A stretch of DNA of 64,000 nt, taken from positions 27,986 through 91,985 of the forward strand of contig JAFRSO010000035.1 in assembly GCA_017427545.1 (NCBI GenBank). The letters run 5' to 3'. The stretch's first letter is position 1. Each line of letters begins with the position of its first letter. The position numbers and the translations under genes were made by a program. This document shows positions 19,700 to 29,500 of the stretch, in pieces. Origin of the DNA: Selenomonadaceae bacterium. GTDB taxonomy: Bacteria; Bacillota; Negativicutes; Selenomonadales; Selenomonadaceae. The notes under the pieces were generated by a model. The model worked only from the letters and a program-made list of their open reading frames with translations. It made no database searches and was not told the DNA's origin.

Positions 19700-20449
19700 A
19701 TGACTTCGACCGACAATTTAATTTTCGGACGCAATGCCGTAATGGAGCTTTTAAAGTCGGGGCGGAGCGTGAATAAAATTTTTATCGCGGAGGGCAGCCG
19801 TGACGGTTCGATACAAAAAATTTTTTCACTTGCCAAAACGGCGGGCATTGTTGTAGAATTCACGAAGCGCGACAAACTCGATAAGCTTTGCGGCGGTCGT
19901 CATCAAGGAGTTGCGGCAATGGCGGCGGCAATAAATTATTCGACGGTCGAAGAAATTTTAAACCTTGCCGCGAATCAAAATGAGTTGCCGTTTATAATTC
20001 TGCTTGACGAGTTGGAGGATCCGCAAAATTTCGGCGCAATTCTTCGGACGGCGGAAGCTGTCGGCGTGCATGGCGTGATTATCCCGAAACGTCGAAGTGT
20101 TCAGCTCAACGCAACAGTCTTCAAGACATCAGCGGGCGCGGCTGAATATGTCAAGGTTGCGCAAGTCACGAACGTCGCCCAAACACTCAAGCAACTGCGC
20201 GAACTCGGATTAAAAATCGTCGGCGCGGATATGGGCGCGGAACTTGAATTTTGGCAGGCGGATTTGTCGGGCGGAGTGGTTTTGATTATCGGCAGTGAGG
20301 GTAAAGGTATGAGACGCTTGACGCGGGAAAATTGCGACGAGCTGATTAAAATTCCCATGGTCGGGAAAATAAATTCGCTCAATGCTTCAGCGGCAGGCGC
20401 GGTTCTCATGTACGAAATTTTTTCGCAGAGACGGAAAACTTTACAATGA
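19700..20449 (+). CDS. rlmB: SpoU/TrmH-family 23S rRNA 2'-O-methyltransferase (RlmB-like)
   Basis: IFGRNAVMELLKSG, LDELEDPQNFGAILRTAEA, GSEGKGMR and LNASAAGAV. Start taken at MTSTDN, just after the mrnC stop. Confidence 0.85.
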   Translation: MTSTDNLIFGRNAVMELLKSGRSVNKIFIAEGSRDGSIQKIFSLAKTAGIVVEFTKRDKLDKLCGGRHQGVAAMAAAINYSTVEEILNLAANQNELPFIILLDELEDPQNFGAILRTAEAVGVHGVIIPKRRSVQLNATVFKTSAGAAEYVKVAQVTNVAQTLKQLRELGLKIVGADMGAELEFWQADLSGGVVLIIGSEGKGMRRLTRENCDELIKIPMVGKINSLNASAAGAVLMYEIFSQRRKTLQ

Positions 20450-20967
20450 AAAAGAAGCGTCCGCATTATCTCGTTGACGGCTACAATCTGATTCACGTTT
20501 GGCAGGAAATTAACACCGACGATTTGGCGACGGCACGTGAATTTTTGATTCGCAGCTTGCACGAGTACGGCGCGTATGAAAAATTTGATATAACACTTGT
20601 CTTTGATGCCGCACGCAGCGAAGATGAGGAACGTAAGGAAGTTTACGACGATTTTTTCCGAGTGATTTACAGTGGCTTTAATGAAACGGCGGATAACGTC
20701 ATTGAGCGGCTGTCTTATGAGCTGGTTCAGCAAAAACGCGAAGTGCACGTTGTCAGCTCCGACGCCACGATTGAGACTGTCATTTTGGGTGCGGGCGCAT
20801 ATCGCCACCCTTCGAGAGAATTTTATAGGGCAGTCAAACGAGCCAAACAGCATTTGCGCAAAGAATATCTCGGCAACGTAACTTTGCCTGTCAGACGCAA
20901 TGAAGTCGGCGACAGAATCAGCGCAGATGTTTTCGCCAAGCTTGAAAAACTTCGGCGAGGTAAATAA
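20446..20967 (+). CDS. NYN-domain ribonuclease YacP/Rae1 family
   Basis: 173-aa ORF. YLVDGYNLIH N-terminus. Conserved position after rlmB. Confidence 0.85.
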   Translation: MKKKRPHYLVDGYNLIHVWQEINTDDLATAREFLIRSLHEYGAYEKFDITLVFDAARSEDEERKEVYDDFFRVIYSGFNETADNVIERLSYELVQQKREVHVVSSDATIETVILGAGAYRHPSREFYRAVKRAKQHLRKEYLGNVTLPVRRNEVGDRISADVFAKLEKLRRGK

Positions 20968-21003
20968 CAATTTTTTATTTCTGTAGACAAAAATTTTAGG
21001 AGT

Positions 21004-22467
21004 GTGATTCTCTTGGCAGCAAAAAGAATTTACCAGATTGCAAAGGAGTTTGAATGCGACGAGAAGGAAATCATTGCCTTTTTGACGGGGCAGGGAATCA
21101 AAGTCGGCAACCGTCTCAGCGCGGTCAGTGACGACGCCTATAATCTCGTGAAAGCAAAATTCACTGCACCGCCCGAACCGCCCCCTGCACCTGCACCGAA
21201 ACCTGAACCTAAGCCTGAACCCGCCCTCGTCGTCAATCAACCCGAAAATGTTCAACCTGTCCCCGCGCCGACTGATAAGCCGCAATTCGTCCCCGGCAAG
21301 AAAAATAAGAAAAAAGGTCCCAAGCCGCCTCAACCTGAAGGCGAAGTTCCTCAAGATGAAAAGCCCGAAAAGTTCGTTACGGATTTGAAACTTGAGCACA
21401 TGGAAGAGCGGACGCGCACTGTCGTTTTTGAGGCGACGAAGGCCGGCAACGAATTCATTAAGCGTTACTCTTCCGAGAGCAAGGAAACTCAACCCGGACT
21501 TTTCCCCGGCATGGATCCTTGGGGAATTATTTGGAATCTCAAAATTCTTTACCCCGACTCTTCGCCCGCACGCTATTGGCAAGGCATCAACAAATTGGCG
21601 ACAAAATCTTTCAAGCTCTTGAACAGGTATGGCCTTTCTCACAGGGATCTCTTGGCGGAAATTCGCGAAGTGACGAATCCTTTGGGCAAAGAATATTCGC
21701 CCAGAGAAATTTTCACCGACGAGGAAAATGAGGAATTCGCGCGTCAGCAGAAATTGTTGTTTAAGTTGTTCGGTCACGGTATGGGCATGGTCAACGACAG
21801 TCTTTATGACATGAAGTTGAAGGCCTTCCGTATGCTGGCAAAGTATGAGCGCATGAGTTTTGTTGACTACTTAGACAATCCCGACGACGAACTTAGGAGC
21901 AAAAATCGTCCCGCCTTCGAGGAAATGATTGAGGCCGTCACTTACAGCTTGCGTGGTGTCACCCGCCGCGTCAGATTCTATGAACGTCACAAAGAACGTA
22001 TCATCAGAATCAGGGATTGTTTCTTTGAGTGGCTTGACGGTTATGCCAAACTCAAGGAGCAGAAAGCTGATCCCGCTAAGTTGGAGAAATATCTTGAGCT
22101 GGAAGAAAAATTCTTCAATCTGATTGAGTTCATCTCTTACGACAACTTGCTTGACAGCAAAAAAAATAAGCCCGCGCCCTTCGACACGGTGCTTACGCTG
22201 ATCAATGAATATCGCGACAACATGGACGATCCCGACGCCCTGCGCAATTTCAAGTACAAGGTTCGCGGCGTCACCAACATCATCTACAAGCCCAAAGAAT
22301 ACAATTTCCTATATCGTTTCGCGGAATTGGAGCCTCATGCGGATTATCGTCCGCCCGAAGAAATTGCTGCCGCTGAAGCCGCTGCTAAAGCTGCCGCTGA
22401 AGAAGCTGCTAAAGCTGCCGCTGAAGAAGCCGCTGAAACTCCTGTTGAGGAAATTCCTAATTCCTAA
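21004..22467 (+). CDS. Hypothetical protein with IF2-N-like N-terminal domain and Pro-rich linker
   Basis: 487-aa ORF. The N-terminus RIYQIAKEFECDEKEIIAFLTGQGIKVGNRLSAVSDDAY resembles the IF-2 N-terminal module. The rest is unrecognised. The start (GTG 21004 or TTG 21013) is uncertain. Confidence 0.7.
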   Translation: MILLAAKRIYQIAKEFECDEKEIIAFLTGQGIKVGNRLSAVSDDAYNLVKAKFTAPPEPPPAPAPKPEPKPEPALVVNQPENVQPVPAPTDKPQFVPGKKNKKKGPKPPQPEGEVPQDEKPEKFVTDLKLEHMEERTRTVVFEATKAGNEFIKRYSSESKETQPGLFPGMDPWGIIWNLKILYPDSSPARYWQGINKLATKSFKLLNRYGLSHRDLLAEIREVTNPLGKEYSPREIFTDEENEEFARQQKLLFKLFGHGMGMVNDSLYDMKLKAFRMLAKYERMSFVDYLDNPDDELRSKNRPAFEEMIEAVTYSLRGVTRRVRFYERHKERIIRIRDCFFEWLDGYAKLKEQKADPAKLEKYLELEEKFFNLIEFISYDNLLDSKKNKPAPFDTVLTLINEYRDNMDDPDALRNFKYKVRGVTNIIYKPKEYNFLYRFAELEPHADYRPPEEIAAAEAAAKAAAEEAAKAAAEEAAETPVEEIPNS

Positions 22468-22470
22468 TTG
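22452..22470. repeat. Heptamer array AATTCCT x2.5 providing the stop codon of the preceding gene
   Basis: AATTCCTAATTCCTAATTG encodes ...IPNS* and lies between two convergent stops 6 nt apart. Confidence 0.7.
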
Positions 22471-22473
22471 ACC

Positions 22474-23442
22474 TCACCCCCAGAACATGTGCTTTTTCCA
22501 GAAAATTATTGCCGCGACGATTGACGCAAGCAGTGCTATTGCAATGACGATTATAAATCCTGAATTGTTTTCACTTAGCGGCACGGGCACATTCATTCCG
22601 AAAAAGCTGGCAATGACTGTCGGCACCGCGATTATGATTGTCATCGCCGCAAGAAATTTCATCACCATGTTCTGATTGTTTGAAATTATCGAAGAAAAAA
22701 TATCCGCCATTTGCGAGAGAATTTGGCTGTACATCTCAACCATTTCTCTCGCTTGTTTATTTTCAATGATAACATCTTCGAGTAAGTCTTCGTCCTCCTC
22801 GTAAATTTCCAAAATTCCTTCGACGGAGCGATTTGTTCTAAGGCGCAAAAGTTTTTCAAAGACCGCATCATTTGAGCGGAGTGAAGCGTTAAAATAAGTC
22901 AAGCCTTTTTGCAATTCCATTAGTCGCAAAATGTCAGCATTCCGCATTGAACTGCGCAGTTGCTCTTCGATTTCGTCGGAGAGTTTATTTATTTGCCGCA
23001 GGTAGCGCAGATAAAATGTTGCCGAACGATATAAAATCTCGAATAAAAATTGCGTGCGTTTATAGGTGTGGAAAAGGCGCGCCGTCCGCTGATTGAAACT
23101 CGACATGACGGGCGTTTCTTCCAGACAAACCGTGATTATGTATTGCTTCGTTAAAATTATTGCAAGCGGCAGAGTGTCGTAACTTTCCTCTTCGTAGACG
23201 ATTGGCACGTTCGTTAAAATCATGACGGAGCCGTCTTCCACGTCCAAATGTGAGCGTTCTTCCTCGTCGAGTGCTGCGCGCAGAAAATCCGGTTCAACTT
23301 GCGTGAGTGAGCTGACTTCGCGCAATTCATACGGCGTCGGGTCGACTATGTTTATCCACGCGCCCTTCTGCAACGTTCGGAGTGTCAATTTCTCCAAATG
23401 CCCCGACTCTTGCGATTTGTAAATTTCAACCAACGGTATCAC
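22474..23442 (-). CDS. corA: CorA-family magnesium/cobalt transporter
   Basis: 322-aa ORF. FFGMNV (GMN motif) followed by the final TM helix. Confidence 0.9.
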   Translation of the reverse strand: MIPLVEIYKSQESGHLEKLTLRTLQKGAWINIVDPTPYELREVSSLTQVEPDFLRAALDEEERSHLDVEDGSVMILTNVPIVYEEESYDTLPLAIILTKQYIITVCLEETPVMSSFNQRTARLFHTYKRTQFLFEILYRSATFYLRYLRQINKLSDEIEEQLRSSMRNADILRLMELQKGLTYFNASLRSNDAVFEKLLRLRTNRSVEGILEIYEEDEDLLEDVIIENKQAREMVEMYSQILSQMADIFSSIISNNQNMVMKFLAAMTIIIAVPTVIASFFGMNVPVPLSENNSGFIIVIAIALLASIVAAIIFWKKHMFWG

Positions 23443-23450
23443 CCCCCGGT

Positions 23451-23517
23451 TTAGCTGTTAGCTTCTAGCTTCTAGTCCTAGTTCCTAGTTCCTAGTTCCT
23501 AGTTCCTAGTTCCTAAA
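23451..23517. repeat. Tandem heptamer array (TAGCTKY x3 then TAGTTCC x5)
   Basis: TTAGCTGTTAGCTTCTAGCTTCTAGTCCTAGTTCCTAGTTCCTAGTTCCTAGTTCCTAGTTCCTAAA lies between holA and corA. Confidence 0.9.
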
Positions 23518-23582
23518 TTTTACTACAACGCGGGAATTATTTTAAGCCCACGTGTGAAGGAAATTTTTTCGCGGCGTGTAAA

Positions 23583-24578
23583 TTATCTGCGGCAAAGTTT
23601 GATGATGATTCTCTCCAAAACTTCAACGTCCGCCCGCCCCGTCTTTAAAAGAAAATCCGCCTCCGACAAGTCGATAAACACTTCCTCCAACATTTTTTCC
23701 TGATAAGTTCTTGCCTTATCGCTAAGCTTTTGCGCAATGTAAGAATTCATGTTAAGCGGTTCGGCCAATTGACGACCGTTTATCCCCTGCGCGATAAAAA
23801 ATTTTGCTCGAAGGAGTTGGCGCACGTGATTAACCAGCAATATTGTCACCAGCGGGATTTTTGCTTGAATGCAGGCTTGCGCCTTCAACAGGAAAAGTGC
23901 TTTTTGAGGATTGCGTTCGTCGATTGCGTCCGTCAATGCGAAGTTCGATACTTCCGGCGGCTCAAGCATATTCCGCCGCAAATCTGCCGCAGTTATCTCC
24001 TTGCCCGCGACATTCAACGCGACCTTATCCAATTCGTTGTCCAAATACCACAGCGAAATTTCCGACAAAATCCCAAGCCGTTCGTTGAAAAATCGACGCG
24101 CCTCACCACGCATTGTTTTTCCCAACGACGAAAGTTTTTCCTTAAGCCACTCATCAACCTCCCACGGCCGCAACGGTTCCGCCTCCAAAATATCGCCGAC
24201 CTTTGAAACGATTTTGTACAGCCGACGATTTTTATCCGCAGTCTTCGCCGTGAAAATTACGTAATTTTCTTTCCGCATGTCCTGCAAAATATTTTCGAGC
24301 CGCTCAAGTCTTTTATCCGCGGTGAAAAACTGTGCGTTCTTGACGAGCACAACATTTTTTGCGCTGAAAAACGGTGAGCTGTCAATCGCGCTGACTACTT
24401 CGCTGATATCGGGCTTTGTGTCGCAATCGAAGGTTATCAATTCCGTTTTCTTGTCGACACCGAGCCGCATCAAAATTTTTTCCCGCGCCTTGTCGATAAA
24501 AAAATTTTCCGCGCCACACAGCAGATAAACATGTTTAATTTCGCCGTCAAGCGCAGTCATAAATTCTTTGAACTTCAC
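23583..24578 (-). CDS. holA: DNA polymerase III delta subunit
   Basis: 331-aa ORF. Its N-terminus HVYLLCGAENFFIDKAREKI and its length are typical of HolA. Confidence 0.85.
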   Translation of the reverse strand: MKFKEFMTALDGEIKHVYLLCGAENFFIDKAREKILMRLGVDKKTELITFDCDTKPDISEVVSAIDSSPFFSAKNVVLVKNAQFFTADKRLERLENILQDMRKENYVIFTAKTADKNRRLYKIVSKVGDILEAEPLRPWEVDEWLKEKLSSLGKTMRGEARRFFNERLGILSEISLWYLDNELDKVALNVAGKEITAADLRRNMLEPPEVSNFALTDAIDERNPQKALFLLKAQACIQAKIPLVTILLVNHVRQLLRAKFFIAQGINGRQLAEPLNMNSYIAQKLSDKARTYQEKMLEEVFIDLSEADFLLKTGRADVEVLERIIIKLCRR

Positions 24579-24594
24579 GCTATCACCTCTTTTT

Positions 24595-24667
24595 TAGCTG
24601 TTAGCTGCTAGCTACTAGCTGTTAGAAAAAAATCCTTAAAACTCAAAGCTTACAGCTTAAAGCTTAG
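24595..24667. repeat. Two heptamer arrays (TAGCTRY x4; AAAGCTT/ACAGCTT x3) filling the holA/alr divergent spacer
   Basis: TAGCTGTTAGCTGCTAGCTACTAGCTGTTAG ... AAAGCTTACAGCTTAAAGCTTAG. Confidence 0.8.
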
Positions 24668-24689
24668 TGACTGAAAGGAGCGCAATTAA

Positions 24690-25796
24690 ATGATTCTTCG
24701 CGATGTTTACGCCGAGATTGACCTCAACGCAATCCGCCACAATTTTACCGAGATTCGCCGCCATATCAACCCCGCGTCAAAACTCTGCGCCGTCGTCAAG
24801 GCCAACGCTTACGGGCACGGCGCACTTGAAGTTTCCAAAGTCGCCGTCGAATGTGGTGCAGAATTTCTTGCTGTCGCCACAGTCGATGAGGGGCTTGAAC
24901 TCCGTCGCGCAGGATTCAACTTGCCGATTTTGATTTTGGGATTGATTCCGCAAAACGCCGTTGAAGCCGTCGTCGACAATGATTTAACTCAAGCCGTCGT
25001 TGATTTTGACTTCGCCAAAAAAATTTCCGAGACTGCTCGACGCCTCCGCAAAATCGCCAAAGTTCACCTCAAGATTGAAACGGGCATGGGCAGAATCGGT
25101 ATCGCCCCTGAAAAATCTGTCACACTTGCCGAAAAAATTTCTCGCCTGCCAAACGTTGAACTCGAAGGCTTATTTTCGCACTTCGCCGACGCTGATTCCA
25201 ACGACAGAACTTTCACCAATCATCAAATCGCGGTCTTCAAGTCGACGGCTGAAAAAATTCGTTCGGCGGGCGTCGATATAAAAATTTGTCACATTGCCGA
25301 ATCCGCCGCAGCTCTCGATATTCCCGAAGCTCATTTTGATATGGTTCGTTCGGGCATTATAAATTACGGGCTGTATCCTTCCGCAAATATTCGCCGCACG
25401 ATTGAACTTCGCCCCGCCATGAAACTCGTCGCCAAAATCGTTTACGTCAAAAAAATTTCGGCGGGAGTTTCAATCGGCTACGGTCGCGATTTTGTCGCCA
25501 AACGTGATTCTTTAATTGCAACGTTGCCGCTGGGCTATGCTGACGGCTACATTCGCGCTTACAAAAATTTTCACGTCGAAGTTCGCGGACAACTCGCCCC
25601 GATTGCCGGAAGAGTTTGCATGGATCAAACGATGATTGACGTGACTGATATTGACGGCGTGCAGGTCGGCGATGATGTGATTTTATTCGGCTCCGATTTG
25701 ATTTCTGCCGACGATGCCGCCCGCCACTTGAACACGATTAACTACGAAATAACTTGCCTGGTATCGTCGAGGGTGCCGAGAATTTTTAAGGCTTAA
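24690..25796 (+). CDS. alr: Alanine racemase
   Basis: 368-aa ORF. VVKANAYGHG (PLP lysine motif) and a C-terminal CMDQTMIDV. Confidence 0.95.
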   Translation: MILRDVYAEIDLNAIRHNFTEIRRHINPASKLCAVVKANAYGHGALEVSKVAVECGAEFLAVATVDEGLELRRAGFNLPILILGLIPQNAVEAVVDNDLTQAVVDFDFAKKISETARRLRKIAKVHLKIETGMGRIGIAPEKSVTLAEKISRLPNVELEGLFSHFADADSNDRTFTNHQIAVFKSTAEKIRSAGVDIKICHIAESAAALDIPEAHFDMVRSGIINYGLYPSANIRRTIELRPAMKLVAKIVYVKKISAGVSIGYGRDFVAKRDSLIATLPLGYADGYIRAYKNFHVEVRGQLAPIAGRVCMDQTMIDVTDIDGVQVGDDVILFGSDLISADDAARHLNTINYEITCLVSSRVPRIFKA

Positions 25797-26578
25797 AAAA
25801 TATTTCTAACCTTCGCGAAAAATTTTGCCTTCCACAATCGAAACTTAAACTCCGTCAGTCCGAAACGCGGCTTGCGAATATTTACGCGATAAAGTTCAAA
25901 AGGATTCGTCGATAACGTATTCAAACCCGCCTCACCCGTCACAGCCGTCAAATAATTTTCTTCCCGCAAAATTTCTTCAAGCTTGGAATTGAACGCGCCG
26001 TTCGGATAAGACAAGCTGTAAATCGTCGCAAGCCCGCTCCACTCCAGAAAAATTTTCGACTCGCGAATTTGTTTAAGCTGCGTTGATTCGTCAAGTGAAG
26101 TCAGCGGCAAATGGTCGGCGGTATGTGAGCCGATTTCAATTCCGCGACGTTGCATATCCTTGAGTTCGTCAAGCTTGAGGTAATTTTTTTTGCCCAGCTC
26201 ATTGGTTATGACGTAAACGACGGCCGTCATTGAGTGCGCCTCCAAAATCGGCAGCATTTCCGTATAATTGTCCTTGTAGCCGTCGTCGAAAGTCAGCACA
26301 ATCGGCTTGTCGGGAAGAGTGCCCTTGCCGTGAACGACGCGCATAAAATCCTGCAGCGTTATCGTCGTGTAACCTTCCGCCTGCAAATAATCCAACTGCG
26401 CGGCAAAATCGGCGGGCGGCACGTTATAAATTTCAAAGTCGGGGTCGAGTTGAGCGTCCGTCACTTGATGATATTCCAAAATCGGGAATCCTTCCGGCTC
26501 CGGCAACAGAAAAATTATCGCGGCAAACACTGTGCTCAAAATCAAAATCACTCCGCCGATTATGCGCAAACTCATCAC
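25793..26578 (-). CDS. Polysaccharide deacetylase family (NodB-type) membrane-anchored protein
   Basis: 261-aa ORF. N-terminal TM, LTFDDGYKDNY and GSHTADH. Its start overlaps (ATGA) the stop of the upstream glycosyltransferase. Confidence 0.85.
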   Translation of the reverse strand: MMSLRIIGGVILILSTVFAAIIFLLPEPEGFPILEYHQVTDAQLDPDFEIYNVPPADFAAQLDYLQAEGYTTITLQDFMRVVHGKGTLPDKPIVLTFDDGYKDNYTEMLPILEAHSMTAVVYVITNELGKKNYLKLDELKDMQRRGIEIGSHTADHLPLTSLDESTQLKQIRESKIFLEWSGLATIYSLSYPNGAFNSKLEEILREENYLTAVTGEAGLNTLSTNPFELYRVNIRKPRFGLTEFKFRLWKAKFFAKVRNIF

Positions 26579-29500
26579 CTCCGCGCGTCAGCTAAAATTT
26601 CCTCAAATTTCCTCTCAAGGCAACGACAATATTTCAACGGGTCGAGTGCCGCAGAATTCTCAAACATGCCGCGCAAATTTTTATGCAAAACGTCAAGCGT
26701 CTCAAAATCATTGGCAAGGGCAACGGCTGTATTGATGTAAGCCTCCACCGAATTAACCGACAATTCACCCAAGCCGACGCTCGCTAAAATACTCTTGCCG
26801 AAGCGCGTACTGTGTCGAGAACCGTAAAAATTTATCACAGGCACGCCCATATACAACGCGTCAAGAGTCGTGACGCCGCCGACGTAAGGATAAGCGTCAA
26901 GCACAATGTCAAGCTTGCTTATCGTCTCAAAATATTCGGTATCTTTCACGGCGGGGCGGAAAATAACTCTGTCCATGTCGCAACCGAGATTTTTCATTCG
27001 GCTATAAAGTTCGTCAACCAAACTGTTGCTGATAAATTCACCCGCGCGCATTAAAAGTTTTGCGGTCGGCACGAGATTTAAAATTTCAATCCAAATGGCA
27101 AGACTGTCATCATTAATCTTTGAATAGCGGCAAATCGTCCCGAACGTCACATAACCGTTTCTCATGCAGGACGCGCCGTTAGGAATCACAACATCTGCCG
27201 GACGAGAGTAGCAAAATTGCGCGGGCATGTATAAAAATTTTTCGCTGAAATATTGCTCGCGATTTTGATTGGGCGGATCAAGTACTTCGTCGGTGATAAA
27301 ATAATCAATCTCCTTTAAGCCCGTCGTCGACATGTAACCGATACCGCAAATTTGTACGGGCGCAGGACGATAAACCAATGCGGGCAATCCGTTATAACCC
27401 GTGTGTCCCGCCAAATCAAAGGCAATATCTATCTCGTCGTCGTGAATTTTTTTAGCAAGCTCTTCGTCAGTCAAATTCTGAACGTCAACGAAATGCTCAA
27501 CTACTTGTCTGAACTGTTCCGTGTACATGTCATTTTTGGGATTTTTGCTGTAGCAGGTGATTTCAAAATTTCTACGGTCGTGATAGGCAATGAAGCCGAA
27601 CATAACCTTGAATGCCGCATGTGCGCGAAAATCTCCCGAAATGTAACCGACTTTAATCCTGTCGTGCGGCTTATGATATGTCGTGAAGGGCACAACGTTC
27701 GCGAAAAAGTTTTGATAATCGAAATGAAACGCAACCAACTCCTCGTCCGAAATGTTGATAAAATGCAGATTAAGCAGCAACCCGTCATAAATTTCAAGGC
27801 GATTTTTTTCATCTTCGACAAGCTCAAATGCCTTTTGCTGACTTTCTATCGATTCAATATATCTGCCCGTTTCGAGTGCATATTTCGCAAGCTTTTTGTA
27901 GCACTCCATGATAAAATTATTCGGATTATTTTCCGCCAAACCTTTGGGCGAATTGATATAATCCACCGTCTTGCGCATCATTTTATAGGCACCGAAAGTG
28001 TCGTTCAAAAGATATCGGCGGTTGGCTATCGTCAAGAGGATTTTGGCGTCAACTTTTGATTCACACTGCGCGACAAGCTCGGCATAATAAAGCGTGCGCT
28101 TGAAGTCAAATTTACTTTCAAACAAACTTTCGTCGTGAGCACCTGCCAAAAGAATATAATCCATTGCCCGCTTGTAATATTTTTCAGCAAGCTCTTCGGT
28201 AATCGGTTCAGGCTCCTGCGGGAAATCCGGCAACGGTTTTTTATTAACCCACGCGTCAAAAATTTTTTCGTAAGCCTGCTCCAACTCGCCCATGTAAATC
28301 GTATCGGTCATGACGGGCGATTCTTCCATCTTCCGCCGAATCGTCAAATGATATTCCCGAATTCTATCCCAATCGTTGGCAAGCTCAACCGCCTTTTGAA
28401 CATATTCCTCCTCGCTGAAAGCACAAAGCTCCTCCAAACCGATATTCATCAGCAACGAATATCCGAACCTTGAATTGTGCCGTTCACCGACCAAAGTTAT
28501 CACGGGCAAGCCCATATACAACGCGTCGCAAGTCGTACCGCCGCCGGGATATGGGAAAGTGTCCAGCGCGATATCCGCCAGCTCGTATTTCCTTACATAT
28601 TCTTTCGAGTAATTTTCCAAAGTCACACGTTCGAGGTCGATACCTGCCGCCTTGATTCTATCGCGGGAAAAATTCAGCCCGCCTTTTTCGTTGAAAACAT
28701 CACTCTTCAGATAAAGTCGGGAATTCGGCACGGCGTCCAAAATTTTCTTCCAAACCTTGAGCACATTATCGTTGACTTTAGAAAAATTGTTGAAGCTGAC
28801 GAAAGTCACATAGCCGTTTTTAGTACAGGGGGCGGGCGTGACGGGATAAGGATAATCGTGCCACACGTAGCAAAAATGGCTGTGTTGAAGGCGCAGAATT
28901 TTTTCCGTGAAAAACTTTTCGTTCAAACCTTCGGGATCGGTGTATTTGTCCGCAAGAAAATAATCAATCGTATCAAGCCCTGTCGAATCAAACCAGCCGA
29001 TACCGGAAATTTGAATCGGCGCAGGTTTGTAGGCCATGACCTTCAACAAATTATCCGCCGAATGTCCCGCTAGCTCGACCAAAATATCAATCTCATCTTT
29101 CATAATCTGAGCGGCAACTTTATCGGCCGGCATATCCAAAATATTTCGGAAAACGTCTACGCTTGCCCTAAATTGAGCGGTGATGTTGTCTTCGAGATTG
29201 TTGGCGTAAATGAAAACATCAAAGCGCGTCTTGTCATAACCTTTGAAAAAATACGTGTTGAAAAAAGCTACGTCGTGATAGCGCATGTCCCCCGAAATAT
29301 AACCGACGCGAATTTTTTTGTGCCGAGAATGCAACTTGTGATTATGTTTGAAGCGTGGAATGTGCGCGAGTAATTTGTTAAAGCCGCAAATTTCCTCAAA
29401 AATTTTTTCGCGGCTGAAATTGAGATCGTGCATATTCAAAAGATAATTGCTGTAATCTCCAAGGCGAGTAGCTGCCATTTTATTAAGTTTCGGAGAATTT

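Noticed and set aside
20101-21777. 558-aa minus-strand ORF, the longest uncalled ORF in the track
   Set aside because: It is antisense to yacP and the 487-aa gene. Its sequence is low-complexity and Arg/Phe-rich with no recognisable motif. The plus-strand genes have clear homology or SD sites.
23451-23517. Heptamer arrays considered as CRISPR arrays
   Set aside because: The units are only 7 nt, directly abutting, with no unique spacers and no cas genes in the window.
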